A stretch of 64,000 bases of DNA, from contig CBDBIB010000003.1 in assembly GCA_965205945.1 (NCBI GenBank), positions 162,192 through 226,191 on the forward strand, given 5' to 3'. The notes under the pieces are model-generated. The model saw only the letters and a program-made list of their open reading frames with translations, ran no database searches and was not told the DNA's origin. A program made the translations under genes and the position numbers. Shown piece after piece: positions 28,766 to 39,791 of the stretch (position 1 is its first letter; each line of letters starts with the position of its first letter). This DNA is from Bdellovibrionales bacterium (lineage in GTDB: Bacteria; Bdellovibrionota; Bdellovibrionia; Bdellovibrionales; UBA1609).

Positions 28766-29500
28766 ATGGGGCTTTATTTTTTTTCAGGTAAGGGTGGTGT
28801 TGGAAAAACGCATCTATCAACAAGCTTTGCTTTTCATAGGGTAGGGCTTAGAAGAAGAGTTTTGCTCATAGAATTTTCACAACTTGCTCAATACTCAGGG
28901 TATTTTCAGTTAGAAGTTGGTTTTAAACCTAAAGAGCTTAAAAAAGATTTATTTTTGTCTACTTGGACGGGTATAGATTGTTTGAAAGAATATGGAGTAA
29001 AAGTTTTAAAATCTCAAAGAGCTTTAGAGCTTTTTATGAAGATACCATTAATGGGAAAGCTAATCAATATTGCTCCAGGCTTAAAAGAAATTTCTGTTTT
29101 AGGAAAACTTACCTCAGACTACCGGAATATAAATTTTACTACAGGTTTTGATGATATTATTTTTGACGCTCCAGCATCAGGACATTTTGTATCTTTATTA
29201 CAAGCACCTCAAGGTCTTCAGGGAATTGTGGGTGTAGGTGCTATAAAGAAGCAAAGTGTGGATATTTTAAACTGCCTTAAGAAAAGTAAGAATGTTTTTA
29301 TTGGTTTAGTTGGGGACGGTTCAAAGTTTTCATATAAAGAAAGACTAGAGACTAAGAGTAAAATTAAGAAGATTTTAGGAGATAAAAAAATTGTGGATCT
29401 TAATAATTTTTCAAAAGAATTTCCTAGAATTCGTACAGGTGATTGGATTAAGAGCGCAAAAGCGATTTCACCATATTGGCAACATTTTTTATGGAGTTAG
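28766..29500 (+). CDS. ArsA/Get3-family ATPase, half-size
   Basis: 244 aa. Deviant Walker A GKGGVGKT and switch II FDAPASGH (DTAPTGH pattern). Confidence 0.6.
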   Translation: MGLYFFSGKGGVGKTHLSTSFAFHRVGLRRRVLLIEFSQLAQYSGYFQLEVGFKPKELKKDLFLSTWTGIDCLKEYGVKVLKSQRALELFMKIPLMGKLINIAPGLKEISVLGKLTSDYRNINFTTGFDDIIFDAPASGHFVSLLQAPQGLQGIVGVGAIKKQSVDILNCLKKSKNVFIGLVGDGSKFSYKERLETKSKIKKILGDKKIVDLNNFSKEFPRIRTGDWIKSAKAISPYWQHFLWS

Positions 29501-30447
29501 AGAAAAAAACTAAAATTTTTTTAGGAACAGGAGGAATTGGTAAAACAACGCTTTCAACAGTGTACGCAATTAAAATGGCAAAAAAATTTTCAGATAAAAC
29601 GATAAAGCTTGTAACCATAGATCCATCAAAAAGAATAAAAGATTATTTTAACATGACTTTTAATGAAAGTGAAAAGAAAATTGATAATCTAGTGGTGTCA
29701 GTAAATAACCGTGAAGATTTAATGAGAGCTTTTATATCTGAAGTTTATCAAGACAATGAAAAAGAAATTAAAAAAATTTATGACAATAAGATTTTTCAAA
29801 ATCTTATTACAGGACTTATAGTTTCTCAGGAATTTACATCGTTATATGAACTTTATAAAAATAATCAAGATGAAATAGATTTAGTAATAATAGATACTCC
29901 GCCTTTACAAAATGTAGGTTTGTTTTTAAATGGAGCAAGTGAGCTGGAGTTATTTTTCTCTTTTTCCTTGGCTCAGTTTTTTATTTCTAAAGAAAATTTA
30001 AATTTTTTTCAGAAATTTTTCTTTAAAGTAAAGAAAAAAGCTTTAATGACACTGTCAAGTTTAACAGGAGAAAGTTTTGTTAATGAACTTGTTCAATTTT
30101 TTATTGCTATTGAAAAACTAAGACCTCGACTTTTAGAAGTACTTAGGTTTTCTAAGGAAATCTTAAATACAAAGACAGAAATAATATACGTATGCGGTTA
30201 TAACGAGCTTTCACTTTCTGGTCTGCGGGTTTCTCTTCAAGATCTTAAGAAACAGGGGTTAAGCATTGATAAGTGTTTTGTGAATAAATATGATAAGAAA
30301 ATTAAATATGAAAATTTTGTTAAAATGAAAATGAAGCAAGTAAAAGAGGAAAATAAGGAGCTTAACTTTCATATGATTGAAAAATTTTCTTTTGAACTTT
30401 TAAATTATAAAGATTTAAGGGAAGCCGGAGACTATGTTAAAATCTAG
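29491..30447 (+). CDS. ArsA/Get3-family ATPase paralogue, degenerate switch II
   Basis: P-loop GTGGIGKTT is present, but the DTAPTGH position reads IDTPPLQN. Start placed at the ATG at 29491 (track uses a TTG at 29476). Overlaps the upstream gene by 10 nt. Confidence 0.55.
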   Translation: MELEKKTKIFLGTGGIGKTTLSTVYAIKMAKKFSDKTIKLVTIDPSKRIKDYFNMTFNESEKKIDNLVVSVNNREDLMRAFISEVYQDNEKEIKKIYDNKIFQNLITGLIVSQEFTSLYELYKNNQDEIDLVIIDTPPLQNVGLFLNGASELELFFSFSLAQFFISKENLNFFQKFFFKVKKKALMTLSSLTGESFVNELVQFFIAIEKLRPRLLEVLRFSKEILNTKTEIIYVCGYNELSLSGLRVSLQDLKKQGLSIDKCFVNKYDKKIKYENFVKMKMKQVKEENKELNFHMIEKFSFELLNYKDLREAGDYVKI

Positions 30448-31207
30448 ACAAGCTATACTTTTAAAAAAACCACAAACTTTTATAAGAGGTATGATGATAC
30501 TGGTTTTAGGATTTAGGCATGCTCTTTTAAATAAAAATTTATTAGTGTTGGCACTTATACCTGTTTTAGTAGCGGCTATAGGTTTATTTTTTGGGTTTAA
30601 GCCTTTATTTAGAATTTATTTATCCGAAAGTGCTGGGATTTTTCTTGATAAGGAGATTTTTGATTTTTGGGGAGGAGCTATATTTTTATGGATAGGCAAA
30701 TTTATACTTAAAATTTTTATAGTTTTTTTAACTTTTCTAACTTTTTATATTCTTTTACAGGTTATTTATATTCCAATTTGTTCTTTATTAGCTGAAAAAG
30801 TGTTATTAAGAAAAGGCATTATTAGGTGTCAATCCATTAAAGAAGCATTAGGTTTTAATTTAAGAATGTTTAAAATGAGTTTAATAAAATCTGGAGTTCT
30901 AATTTTTGCTGGATTTTTTTTCTTTATAGGTTCATTTGTTCCAGGTTTAGGTTTTGTATCAGTTTATTTTACCTTAATAGTCTTAGCCTATGACAGTTTT
31001 GATTATGGTTTAGAGCTCTACGGTTTAAACCTTAAAGATCGAATACTATTTATAAAAAAAAATTTTATGCTCATTAATGGACATGTAGGAGCCTTGCTTT
31101 TATTTAGTTTTATTCCAGGTTTAATATTACTAATATTTCCATTCTCAGTAATAGGTGCTAGTTTATTTATAGGAGAATTTAATGGATTTAAAAAAAAAAT
31201 TACATAA
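30434..31207 (+). CDS. EI24/CysZ-family membrane protein-like
   Basis: 257 aa polytopic protein. N-terminal pattern GFRHALLNKNLLVLALIPVLV resembles the CysZ/EI24 family. GGAG RBS. 14-nt overlap with the upstream gene. Confidence 0.45.
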   Translation: MLKSRQAILLKKPQTFIRGMMILVLGFRHALLNKNLLVLALIPVLVAAIGLFFGFKPLFRIYLSESAGIFLDKEIFDFWGGAIFLWIGKFILKIFIVFLTFLTFYILLQVIYIPICSLLAEKVLLRKGIIRCQSIKEALGFNLRMFKMSLIKSGVLIFAGFFFFIGSFVPGLGFVSVYFTLIVLAYDSFDYGLELYGLNLKDRILFIKKNFMLINGHVGALLLFSFIPGLILLIFPFSVIGASLFIGEFNGFKKKIT

Positions 31208-32399
31208 TATCTTTTTAAATAAAGAAATTAAAATTCAAGAGTGGTTTTTAAGAAAAATAGAGTCTAAAGACTTCCCTTTTTATTGTAGCTTTGATATTCG
31301 TGAATCTAATAATAAATTAGCACCGGTAGATGCAAATTTATTTCCCGCAGGGTTTAATAATATTTGTCAAGATGATCGTAGTACAATGGGTGATTTATTA
31401 AAAAAATGTACAGAATTTAAAAAATTAAATTTTAAGAATGTAGCTATTTTTTGTGAAGAACATACAAGCAATCTATATTATTGGGATAATGTGGGAGCTT
31501 TAATCACTCTTTTTAAAAGAGAAGGAATTACTCCTTTTGTGGTGCTGCCTAGTTTAAACTTAAAAATTAAAACTATTGAATCTGCATCGGGGATGCAAAT
31601 TAAGATAAATAAAGTGGAGATTAAAGAAGGAGGAGTCCTTTTCGTAGATGGGGTTAAAATAGATTTTCTTGTAAGCAACAATGATTTTTCTACAGCATTT
31701 GATTCTTGGATTAAAGATGTAAAAATACCGCAAGTTCCTCCGCTTAAAATGGGTTGGCATAAAAGAAGAAAGCATACTTTTTTTAAAATTTATAATGAAT
31801 TGGTAGAGGATTTTTCAAAAATTATAGGGCTAAATTCCTTTCATTTAAGAGTTGAAACTTATAACTATGATAAATTTGATATAGAAAACAAAGAGTCTTT
31901 AGTAAAGCTTTCAGATGAGATTGTAGGCTTTAAGGATAAACTTAATAAAAAATATAGAGAGCATAATGTTAAAGAAGAACCGTACTTTTTTATAAAAAAT
32001 TCTTTTGGAACTTATGGTATAGGTGTTATTGAAGTGAAATCTCCTAAAGATATTTTAAATTGGAATTATAAAGCTAGAAAAAAAATGAAAGCCACAAAAG
32101 GTGGTGGACGCTTTAATTCAGTGATTATTCAAGAAGGTATACCGACAACACTAAAAATAAATGAGGAGTCAGCAGAAGCAGTGATTTATTTACTTGGTTG
32201 TGGACTGGCTGGTGGGTTTTTAAGAACCCATGGGAGAAAAGGGGGGAGAGACAGTTTAAATACTCCAGGTGCTGTGTTTCAAAGAATGTGTTTTTCTGAT
32301 TACGAATTTCAAAAAGAAAGCAAAATGCTTGAAAATGTTTATGGCACCGTTGCAAGGCTTGGTGCTTTAGCTTTGAGTATGGAGATTGAGCAAGGTTAA
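31182..32399 (+). CDS. gshA: glutamate--cysteine ligase, rare GshA (T. ferrooxidans-type) family
   Basis: 405 aa. FPFYCSFDIRESNNKLAPVDANLFPAGFNNI matches my recollection of this GshA family. AGGAG RBS. 26-nt overlap with the upstream gene. Confidence 0.5.
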   Translation: MDLKKKLHNIFLNKEIKIQEWFLRKIESKDFPFYCSFDIRESNNKLAPVDANLFPAGFNNICQDDRSTMGDLLKKCTEFKKLNFKNVAIFCEEHTSNLYYWDNVGALITLFKREGITPFVVLPSLNLKIKTIESASGMQIKINKVEIKEGGVLFVDGVKIDFLVSNNDFSTAFDSWIKDVKIPQVPPLKMGWHKRRKHTFFKIYNELVEDFSKIIGLNSFHLRVETYNYDKFDIENKESLVKLSDEIVGFKDKLNKKYREHNVKEEPYFFIKNSFGTYGIGVIEVKSPKDILNWNYKARKKMKATKGGGRFNSVIIQEGIPTTLKINEESAEAVIYLLGCGLAGGFLRTHGRKGGRDSLNTPGAVFQRMCFSDYEFQKESKMLENVYGTVARLGALALSMEIEQG

Positions 32400-32800
32400 A
32401 TAGTTATAAAAATAAAGGTTTTTTTCCCATTAATACTAAGGTGTGTCCTTAAAAGTTACCCCTAAAGTCAAGGTGTTGCTATTATCACTTAAGTTAAGCC
32501 TATTATTTTCATGCTATTACGGACTTTAAAATAACCAACACTACTTACTAAGTTAGCAGCGCAAATGCTGGCTGAATTACTTTAAATACAATTACTAGTT
32601 ATTGGGTGAAAAAATTAAATGGTTCGAGCATAAGTAGTTGTTTTTAAATCAATTTAAACTAATCCTAATTAAGGCTTTTAAGCTTGAGATTAAAAATCTT
32701 TCTTAGGCTAATGGACAGCTTCTTTTCTTTTAAAGAATACACCGCTAAAAATTTGAAAAATAAGGTTACAAATAATGATCCAGCCTTATTAAGGATACGC

Positions 32801-32833
32801 CTAGTATTAAGCTTTGCTTAATACTAGTTTTTT
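32801..32833 (+). terminator. rho-independent terminator-like hairpin
   Basis: CTAGTATTAAGC-TTT-GCTTAATACTAG, a 12-bp perfect stem, followed by TTTTTT. Confidence 0.5.
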
Positions 32834-32878
32834 AGAGTATTTTTAGTAGTGTTAGAGACTTTATGAGATAATTTTTTT

Positions 32879-33457
32879 ATGAAACGACTTAGATATTTTT
32901 TTATATTGATTTTTTTATTAGGAGGAGCTTTTTATTTAGAAACTAAATTTAATATACCATTATATGGTTTCTTTTTTTCAAAAATTGATAGCCGAAATCC
33001 TGCAAGTCCTCAAACTCAGTTACAAAAAGCTTTTTTTATTGCAGGTTTAAAAAATGAAAAGAATGTTGCTTCTTTAGTTACTGGTGCTCAGAATGTATCT
33101 TTATGCAGTGCTGTAGAGAATATTTATAAATACACAGCTTTACTAAGAGTTGAGGGGGTTAGTGTAAGTGGGGAGCCTGTTATGCTATTATTTAGTGGAG
33201 ACTGTGCTCGAGATGAATTGGTTGTTTTTGATAAATCTCTTTGTAGTATGGAACCAGAGCAACTAAGAGCAGGCAGTACTTTGTTAAGTGGGTATTTTAT
33301 TCAAGCAACAAATTTATTGATGCCCCTAGATGGATTAGCTTTTTTTCTATCTAATTTAGAAGTTACATATCGTAATGGAGCTTGGGAAAGAGTTTCTTGG
33401 CCTCATGAGGAGTCAAAAATATCTTTTTTCTGTCCGAACTTTAAGCAAAAGCTTTAA
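32879..33457 (+). CDS. hypothetical secreted/membrane-anchored protein
   Basis: 192 aa with an N-terminal hydrophobic helix. No recognisable motif. Confidence 0.4.
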   Translation: MKRLRYFFILIFLLGGAFYLETKFNIPLYGFFFSKIDSRNPASPQTQLQKAFFIAGLKNEKNVASLVTGAQNVSLCSAVENIYKYTALLRVEGVSVSGEPVMLLFSGDCARDELVVFDKSLCSMEPEQLRAGSTLLSGYFIQATNLLMPLDGLAFFLSNLEVTYRNGAWERVSWPHEESKISFFCPNFKQKL

Positions 33458-34907
33458 TAAACTCATAAAATGTTCTAACTAAAACACCTGTTGCACCTTT
33501 TGGATCATTATATGCAATTCTATTTCCACTACCCCATGCGGTTCCTGCAATATCTAAATGTAGAAAGGGAATGTTTTTATCACAGAAGTGTTCTAAGAAA
33601 GCTGCAGCAGTGGCAGACCCAGCGCCTTTGTTTAAAGATATATTGGAAAGATCAGCAAAATGTCCCCTCATGTCATTAGTATGATGATCATTAAGAGGCA
33701 TTCTCCATAAACTCTCACCTGAAGCATCGGCAGCAGTATAGATATTGTTTGCTAGCTCATTATTTCGTGTGAAAAAACCTGTATGAATATTTCCTAAAGC
33801 TACAACCATTGAACCAGTCAGAGTTGCTGTGTTTAAGATTTGTTTTGGTTTTAGTGTATTTGCATAAGAAAGGGCATCTGCAAGGATGAGTCTTCCTTCA
33901 GCATCGGTATTTAAAACTTCAACTGTTTTTTTATTCATTGCAGTTAAGATATCTCCAGGCTTACATGCTGCAGCGCCTAAAAGATTTTCTGTAGAAGGAA
34001 CAAGGCCGATTACATGAACAGGTAAATTCATTTCACAGATTAACTTCATTGTACCAATAACAGCTGCTCCGCCACACATATCATAGCGCATTTCATCCAT
34101 TTTAGATGAGGGTTTAATGGAAATTCCACCGGCATCAAAAGTAAGCCCCTTTCCAACTAGTACAGTTGGCTGATTTTTTGGTGCTTTTGCATGTTTGTGT
34201 TCCATGATGATAAAACGTGGCTCTTCAGCACTTCCTGCGTTTACACCTAAGAGACAACCCATACTTTCTTTTTTAATTTTTCTCTTATCCCAAATAGTAA
34301 CCTTAAGGCCAGATTTTTTTAAAGCATTAGCCTTGTTTGCTAAGATGGTTGGAGTCATCATATTTCCTGGAAGGTCACCAAGCATTCTTGCAAAATGAAC
34401 AGCATTAACTGTTAGAGTAGCTTCTTTTAAAGAGGTTTTAAGAGCCTGAATCTCTTTTGTTGATGCACTTTTATGATAAATTTCAAAAGAAATTTTCTTA
34501 GATTTTTTAGGATTACTTTTTCCTTCTTCCATGGAGTAATCTGCTAAAAGAGCACCTTGAATAAAACCTGTTAAAAACTTAGAGGCGTTGTTTTTAAAAA
34601 GATTTTTAAAGTCAGCAAAAGAAACAGCAAAGTTTAAGGCCTTAGATTTTTTAGCTTTTTTTATGAACTTTCCGCCAAGATTTCGTAGTGATTCAACATT
34701 CTGATCATGTATTTTTATATTCATTAAAACAACATGAGTATTTTTAAGTTTAGACTGAGAAATAAGCAAAAGAGATTCATTTTGTTCTAATTTGGGACAT
34801 TTTCCTAGTTTTTTTTCAAGAGTAGATTTTTTTTTACCATCAGACAAAAGGGCCATGCATATTTTTTCACCACCTTTAAAATCTACATTTTTATACATAA
34901 TACTCAT
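33441..34907 (-). CDS. pepA: leucyl aminopeptidase (M17)
   Basis: 488 aa. VGKGLTFDAGG and NTDAEGRLILADAL. Confidence 0.9.
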   Translation of the reverse strand: MSIMYKNVDFKGGEKICMALLSDGKKKSTLEKKLGKCPKLEQNESLLLISQSKLKNTHVVLMNIKIHDQNVESLRNLGGKFIKKAKKSKALNFAVSFADFKNLFKNNASKFLTGFIQGALLADYSMEEGKSNPKKSKKISFEIYHKSASTKEIQALKTSLKEATLTVNAVHFARMLGDLPGNMMTPTILANKANALKKSGLKVTIWDKRKIKKESMGCLLGVNAGSAEEPRFIIMEHKHAKAPKNQPTVLVGKGLTFDAGGISIKPSSKMDEMRYDMCGGAAVIGTMKLICEMNLPVHVIGLVPSTENLLGAAACKPGDILTAMNKKTVEVLNTDAEGRLILADALSYANTLKPKQILNTATLTGSMVVALGNIHTGFFTRNNELANNIYTAADASGESLWRMPLNDHHTNDMRGHFADLSNISLNKGAGSATAAAFLEHFCDKNIPFLHLDIAGTAWGSGNRIAYNDPKGATGVLVRTFYEFIKAFA

Positions 34908-35134
34908 TATAAGCTCCCTTTTATATTATTATTTTAAATAAACTGTTTCAATATGAGAAAAAAAGGACTGACTATGCCTTTTTAATATCGAGTAACATAC
35001 TTGTTTAGAAAAAAACAACTATTATAAAGTCAAATTTTCTAATTTTTTTGTCGATAGTTATTTGACGGCAAATTTAAATGTAAATAGGCAGGTTTTTATA
35101 GAATTTAATAAAACCTATAGTAAAGGTGGTGTGT

Positions 35135-35752
35135 ATGGCTCTGATTCCAATGGTAATTGAACAAACTCCTAAGGGAGAAAGAAGTTATGACATCTACTCA
35201 CGCTTGTTAAAAGATAGAATTATAATGTTAGGTAGTCCTGTATCAGATGATTCGGCAAACAGTATAATAGCACAAATGTTTTTTCTAGAGATGGAGAATC
35301 CGGAAAAAGATATTCATATTTATATTAATTCTCCTGGAGGGAGTGTAACTGCAGGGCTTGCGATTTATGATATTATGCAATTTGTAAGGTGTGATGTTAG
35401 AACATATTGTATGGGTCAAGCCGCTAGTATGGGATCATTACTTTTAGCGGCAGGGACTGCTGGAAAAAGGTGTATTCTTCCACATTCAAGAGTTATGGTG
35501 CATCAGCCTTTAATTGGAGGTAATGGTATTTCTGGTCAGGCTAGCGATATTGCTATTCATGCTAAAGAGATGCTTTATATTAAGAAAAAATTAACAAAAA
35601 TTTATGTAGAGCATACGGGTAAGTCATATGAAGAACTGGAAAAAAATATGGATAGGGATAATTTTATGAGTGCTGAGCAAGCTAAAATTTTTGGGCTTGT
35701 GGATCATGTGGTTAAAACTCGTAAGAAAATTGATAAAAAACAACCAATATAA
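35135..35752 (+). CDS. clpP: ATP-dependent Clp protease proteolytic subunit
   Basis: [25 protein letters not shown], active-site GQAASMGS and HQPL. Start moved to the ATG at 35135, behind an AAAGGTGG RBS. Confidence 0.95.
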   Translation: MALIPMVIEQTPKGERSYDIYSRLLKDRIIMLGSPVSDDSANSIIAQMFFLEMENPEKDIHIYINSPGGSVTAGLAIYDIMQFVRCDVRTYCMGQAASMGSLLLAAGTAGKRCILPHSRVMVHQPLIGGNGISGQASDIAIHAKEMLYIKKKLTKIYVEHTGKSYEELEKNMDRDNFMSAEQAKIFGLVDHVVKTRKKIDKKQPI

Positions 35753-35798
35753 ATTATAATGAGTTTTTGAATTCACAATTTTTTAGAGGAAGTAGTAA

Positions 35799-37115
35799 AT
35801 GAGTAAAAATGAAAAAATAGGATCATTAAACTGTAGTTTTTGTGGTAAGACTCAAAAAGAGGTTAAAAAATTAATTGCAGGCCCCGGGGTTTATATTTGC
35901 GATGAGTGTATTGGATTGTGCATGGATATCATTACAGAAGAACAGGCAAAAACAATTAAGGGGACTGAGCAACTTAAGGTTCCTAAACCTCAAGAAATTA
36001 TGGATAGGCTTAATGAATATATAATTGATCAAGTACAAGCAAAAAAAGCTTTATCTGTTGCGGTTCACAATCATTATAAGCGAATCAATTCAACTATAGA
36101 TGTGGGCGATGTTGAAATTTCAAAGAGTAATATTTTACTTGTTGGGCCTACAGGTTCGGGTAAAACACTTTTGGCTCAAACAATTGCAAAGGTTTTAAAT
36201 GTTCCTTTTGCAATGGCGGATGCAACTTCTTTAACAGAAGCCGGTTATGTTGGTGAAGATGTTGAGAATATTATTTTAAATCTTTTAAGCTCAGCCGACT
36301 ATAATGTAGAGAGAGCTCAAAAAGGTATAATTTATATTGATGAAATTGATAAAATAACTAGAAAATCTGAAAACCCGTCTATTACTAGAGATGTTAGTGG
36401 CGAGGGTGTTCAACAAGCTTTACTTAAAATTTTAGAGGGCACTATTGCAAGTCTTCCTCCTAAAGGTGGTAGAAAACACCCTCAAGAGGAGTTTATTCAG
36501 GTAGATACAACAAATATCTTATTTATTGTTGGCGGAGCATTTGTTGGTTTGGATAAAATTATTGAAAATAGACAAACAAGCAAGTCTTTAGGTATTGCTG
36601 CAGAAATTAAAACAGCTGAAGAAAAGTGGGAGGCAGGGGATTTATCTCTTAAAAAACTTGAACCAAGAGATTTGGCTCAATATGGGTTAATCCCAGAATT
36701 TATTGGAAGACTTCCAGTTATTGCGACTTTAGACCCGCTAGATGAAAAAACTTTAATCAGTATTCTAACTGAACCTAAAAACGCTCTTTCTAAGCAGTAT
36801 AAGAAATTGTTTGAATATGAGGATATTGACTTAACTTTTACAGATGATGCACTTAGAGCCATTGCTAAAGAGGCGATTATGCGTAATACAGGGGCTAGAG
36901 GTCTAAGAGGTGTTATAGAATCAGCCATGTTAGATATTATGTACGAAACTCCTTCCAACTCGAACATAAAAGCTGTTATAATAGATGAAGGAGTTATTAC
37001 AAAAGGGGAGGCTCCAAAGTTAGCGTATAGATCTTCAAATCTGGAAACTAGTAAAGGTTTAAGAAAGAAATACGTAAAAGATTCGGATAATGTTGATTCC
37101 GTAGAAAGTGCATAA
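35799..37115 (+). CDS. clpX: ATP-dependent Clp protease ATP-binding subunit ClpX
   Basis: 438 aa. Zinc finger CSFCGK...CDEC, Walker A GPTGSGKT and IYIDEIDK. Confidence 0.95.
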   Translation: MSKNEKIGSLNCSFCGKTQKEVKKLIAGPGVYICDECIGLCMDIITEEQAKTIKGTEQLKVPKPQEIMDRLNEYIIDQVQAKKALSVAVHNHYKRINSTIDVGDVEISKSNILLVGPTGSGKTLLAQTIAKVLNVPFAMADATSLTEAGYVGEDVENIILNLLSSADYNVERAQKGIIYIDEIDKITRKSENPSITRDVSGEGVQQALLKILEGTIASLPPKGGRKHPQEEFIQVDTTNILFIVGGAFVGLDKIIENRQTSKSLGIAAEIKTAEEKWEAGDLSLKKLEPRDLAQYGLIPEFIGRLPVIATLDPLDEKTLISILTEPKNALSKQYKKLFEYEDIDLTFTDDALRAIAKEAIMRNTGARGLRGVIESAMLDIMYETPSNSNIKAVIIDEGVITKGEAPKLAYRSSNLETSKGLRKKYVKDSDNVDSVESA

Positions 37116-37181
37116 AATAAAATCACTGTAAAAACCTCCTCTTTTTAAGATTACTGAGTGATCTAATAAGGGGAAAGGTAT

Positions 37182-39629
37182 ATGTCAAAAAATAATAAAA
37201 CACTATTAAAGCAGGTAACGCTTCCATTATTACCGTTAAGAGATTTAATAATTTTTCCACATATGATGATGCCTTTATTTGTTGGAAGAGACAGAAGTAT
37301 TAGAGCTTTAGAAGAAGCCATGACTAATCAAACTGATATCATTTTGATTGCTCAAAGAGATGCTAAAACAAATAGTCCTGAACCTAAGGATATTTATAGC
37401 ATAGGAACGTTAGGAGCTATTATTCAGCTTTTAAGATTACCTGATGGAACAGTAAAGGTTCTTGTTGAGGGAAAAGGGCGTGTTAGAATAGATGAATATT
37501 CTGAGCAAGAAAAATTCTACATTGTAAAGGCTATTGTTTTAGAAGAAATTGAAATTGCTCCATTAGAGACTCAAGCGCTTGTAAGATCTGTTAAAACAAC
37601 TTTTGAAAACTATGTAAAATTAAATAAAAGGATTCCTCCTGAAATTTTAATGCGAGTTTCTTCAATAGAAGACGCATCTGAGCTTGCGGATATTGTTGTT
37701 GCTCAATTGAATTTAAAGATTGAAGACAAGCAAAAACTTTTAGAGGTGATTGATCCAGGTTCAAGGCTTGAAGAACTTTTAAATATAATGACTGGCGAGA
37801 TTGAGATTCTTGAAGTTGAAAAAAGAATTCGTTCTAGAGTTAAGAAACAAATGGAGCAATCACAAAAAGAATACTATTTAAACGAACAAATGCAGGCTAT
37901 TCAAAAAGAACTTGGTGATAAGGATGATTTTCAAACTGAGCTTGATGAATTAGTAAAGCAGGCGGCTTTAAAAAAGATGAGTGAGGAGGCTAGAAAAAAG
38001 TTAGAAAAAGAGCTTAAAAAACTTCGTATAATGTCTCCTATGAGTGCAGAAGCCGCTGTGATTAGAAACTATATTGATTGGTTGATTGCGCTTCCTTGGG
38101 GTTTTTATAATAATGAAACTTTAGACCTTATAAAAGCTCAAAAAATTTTAGATGAAGACCACTGGGGGTTAGACAAAGTAAAAGAAAGAATTATTGAACA
38201 CTTAGCGGTTCAAACTTTAGCAAAAGATAACACGGGGCCAATTATTTGTTTAGTAGGACCTCCAGGAGTGGGTAAGACTTCTTTAGGAAGATCCGTTGCA
38301 AGGGCCTTAAACAGAGAGTTTAATCGGATTTCTTTAGGTGGTGTAAGAGATGAGGCTGAAATTAGAGGACATAGAAGAACTTATGTTGGAGCTCTTCCAG
38401 GAAGAATTATTCAAACGTTAAGAAAAGGTAAAACAAACAATCCTTTAATTTTATTAGATGAAATTGATAAAATGAGTAACGACTTTAGAGGGGACCCGTC
38501 AGCAGCCATGCTTGAGGTATTAGACCCTAATCAGAATAGTACTTTTGCAGATCATTTTTTAGAAGTCGATTATGACTTATCAAAAGTATTATTTTTTACT
38601 ACTGCAAACTCCCTTCATTCTGTTCCTAACGCGTTATTAGATAGGATGGAGATTATTCAGTTAGAGGGTTATATTCCAAGAGAAAAGTTAGAGATTGCAA
38701 AAGCTTATTTAGTTCCAAAACAAATTAAATCTCATGGCTTAATTGATCATGGTATTGAATTTACGGATGCAGCATTAATGTCAATTATTGAAGAGTATAC
38801 ACGTGAAGCAGGTGTAAGAACTTTAGAAAGAACAATTGCAAAGGTTTGTAGAAAAACTGCTAGAAAGATTGTTGAAGCAGAGTTAAGTCTTAAGAAGAAA
38901 ACTCAAAGTAAAAAATCTTATAAAATTGGGACTAAAAAAGTTGTAGCTTTGTTAGGTCCTTCAAAAATAAGGCATGGGAAAATCGAGAAAATTCATGAAA
39001 TTGGTTTAACTAATGGGATGGCGTGGACGCAAGTTGGTGGAGATTTATTAGTCGTTGAAGCCTCTCTTATTCCTGGGCGAGGAAAGTTTACAATTACAGG
39101 CCAGCTTGGGGATGTGATGAAAGAATCATGTGTAGCCGCTCTTTCTTATGTGCGCTCTCGTGGTCTGTTATTTGGTTTTGATAAAGAGTATTATGCAAGT
39201 CATGATGTTCATATTCATGTTCCTGAAGGATCTATTCCTAAGGATGGTCCATCTGCAGGAATAGCAATTACTACAAGTATTGTTTCAGCAATGATGAAAA
39301 TTCCAGTGACAAGAACAGTTGCTATGACTGGAGAGGTGACTCTTCGTGGACGAGTGCTTCCAATTGGTGGATTAAAATCAAAAATTATTGCAGCGTATCG
39401 AGGTGGAATTAAAAAAATAATTATTCCAAAAGGAAATGAGACTGATTTAGAAGATATTCCAAAAGAAGTACTTGGAGATATAATAGTTATTTTAGTAGAT
39501 CATGTTGATCAAGTTCTTGTAAATGCACTTGAGGTTAAAGATGCTAAGGAGATTTTTAGGAATAGAGCTGAACCAGGGACGGGTATAAAGGCCCAGTACT
39601 CAGGGCATTCAAGACAAATAGCCCATTAA
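37182..39629 (+). CDS. lon: Lon protease
   Basis: 815 aa. [17 protein letters not shown] and catalytic PKDGPSAG. Confidence 0.95.
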   Translation: MSKNNKTLLKQVTLPLLPLRDLIIFPHMMMPLFVGRDRSIRALEEAMTNQTDIILIAQRDAKTNSPEPKDIYSIGTLGAIIQLLRLPDGTVKVLVEGKGRVRIDEYSEQEKFYIVKAIVLEEIEIAPLETQALVRSVKTTFENYVKLNKRIPPEILMRVSSIEDASELADIVVAQLNLKIEDKQKLLEVIDPGSRLEELLNIMTGEIEILEVEKRIRSRVKKQMEQSQKEYYLNEQMQAIQKELGDKDDFQTELDELVKQAALKKMSEEARKKLEKELKKLRIMSPMSAEAAVIRNYIDWLIALPWGFYNNETLDLIKAQKILDEDHWGLDKVKERIIEHLAVQTLAKDNTGPIICLVGPPGVGKTSLGRSVARALNREFNRISLGGVRDEAEIRGHRRTYVGALPGRIIQTLRKGKTNNPLILLDEIDKMSNDFRGDPSAAMLEVLDPNQNSTFADHFLEVDYDLSKVLFFTTANSLHSVPNALLDRMEIIQLEGYIPREKLEIAKAYLVPKQIKSHGLIDHGIEFTDAALMSIIEEYTREAGVRTLERTIAKVCRKTARKIVEAELSLKKKTQSKKSYKIGTKKVVALLGPSKIRHGKIEKIHEIGLTNGMAWTQVGGDLLVVEASLIPGRGKFTITGQLGDVMKESCVAALSYVRSRGLLFGFDKEYYASHDVHIHVPEGSIPKDGPSAGIAITTSIVSAMMKIPVTRTVAMTGEVTLRGRVLPIGGLKSKIIAAYRGGIKKIIIPKGNETDLEDIPKEVLGDIIVILVDHVDQVLVNALEVKDAKEIFRNRAEPGTGIKAQYSGHSRQIAH

Positions 39630-39791
39630 AAGTATGTTTAAATCAAATACTAAGTGGAATAAAGCTTTAGATTGTATTTTTTTAAAAAAGAGCTTGTAAG
39701 TTAGGAGCAAAATTATTTTTGCTTGACCGTAGTTTTAAAATCTGACAGAAGGTGAAAAGTAGAAAGCTTCTATTATACATATGGGGGACGG

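Noticed and set aside
32711-32821. 36-aa sORF (MDSFFSFKEYTAKNLKNKV...) ending inside the terminator stem
   Set aside because: It has a weak RBS and no recognisable family. A coding call is not supportable without conservation or ribosome-profiling data.
36677-37126. 149-aa minus-strand ORF inside clpX. Similar antisense ORFs occur in dnaB (8568-9303), ctpA (20992-21414), tig (27635-27958), rnr (60632-60922, 62042-62458), valS (62949-63224), ftsK and sodB
   Set aside because: All lie opposite strongly supported housekeeping genes and show no motifs. They are treated as non-coding shadows.
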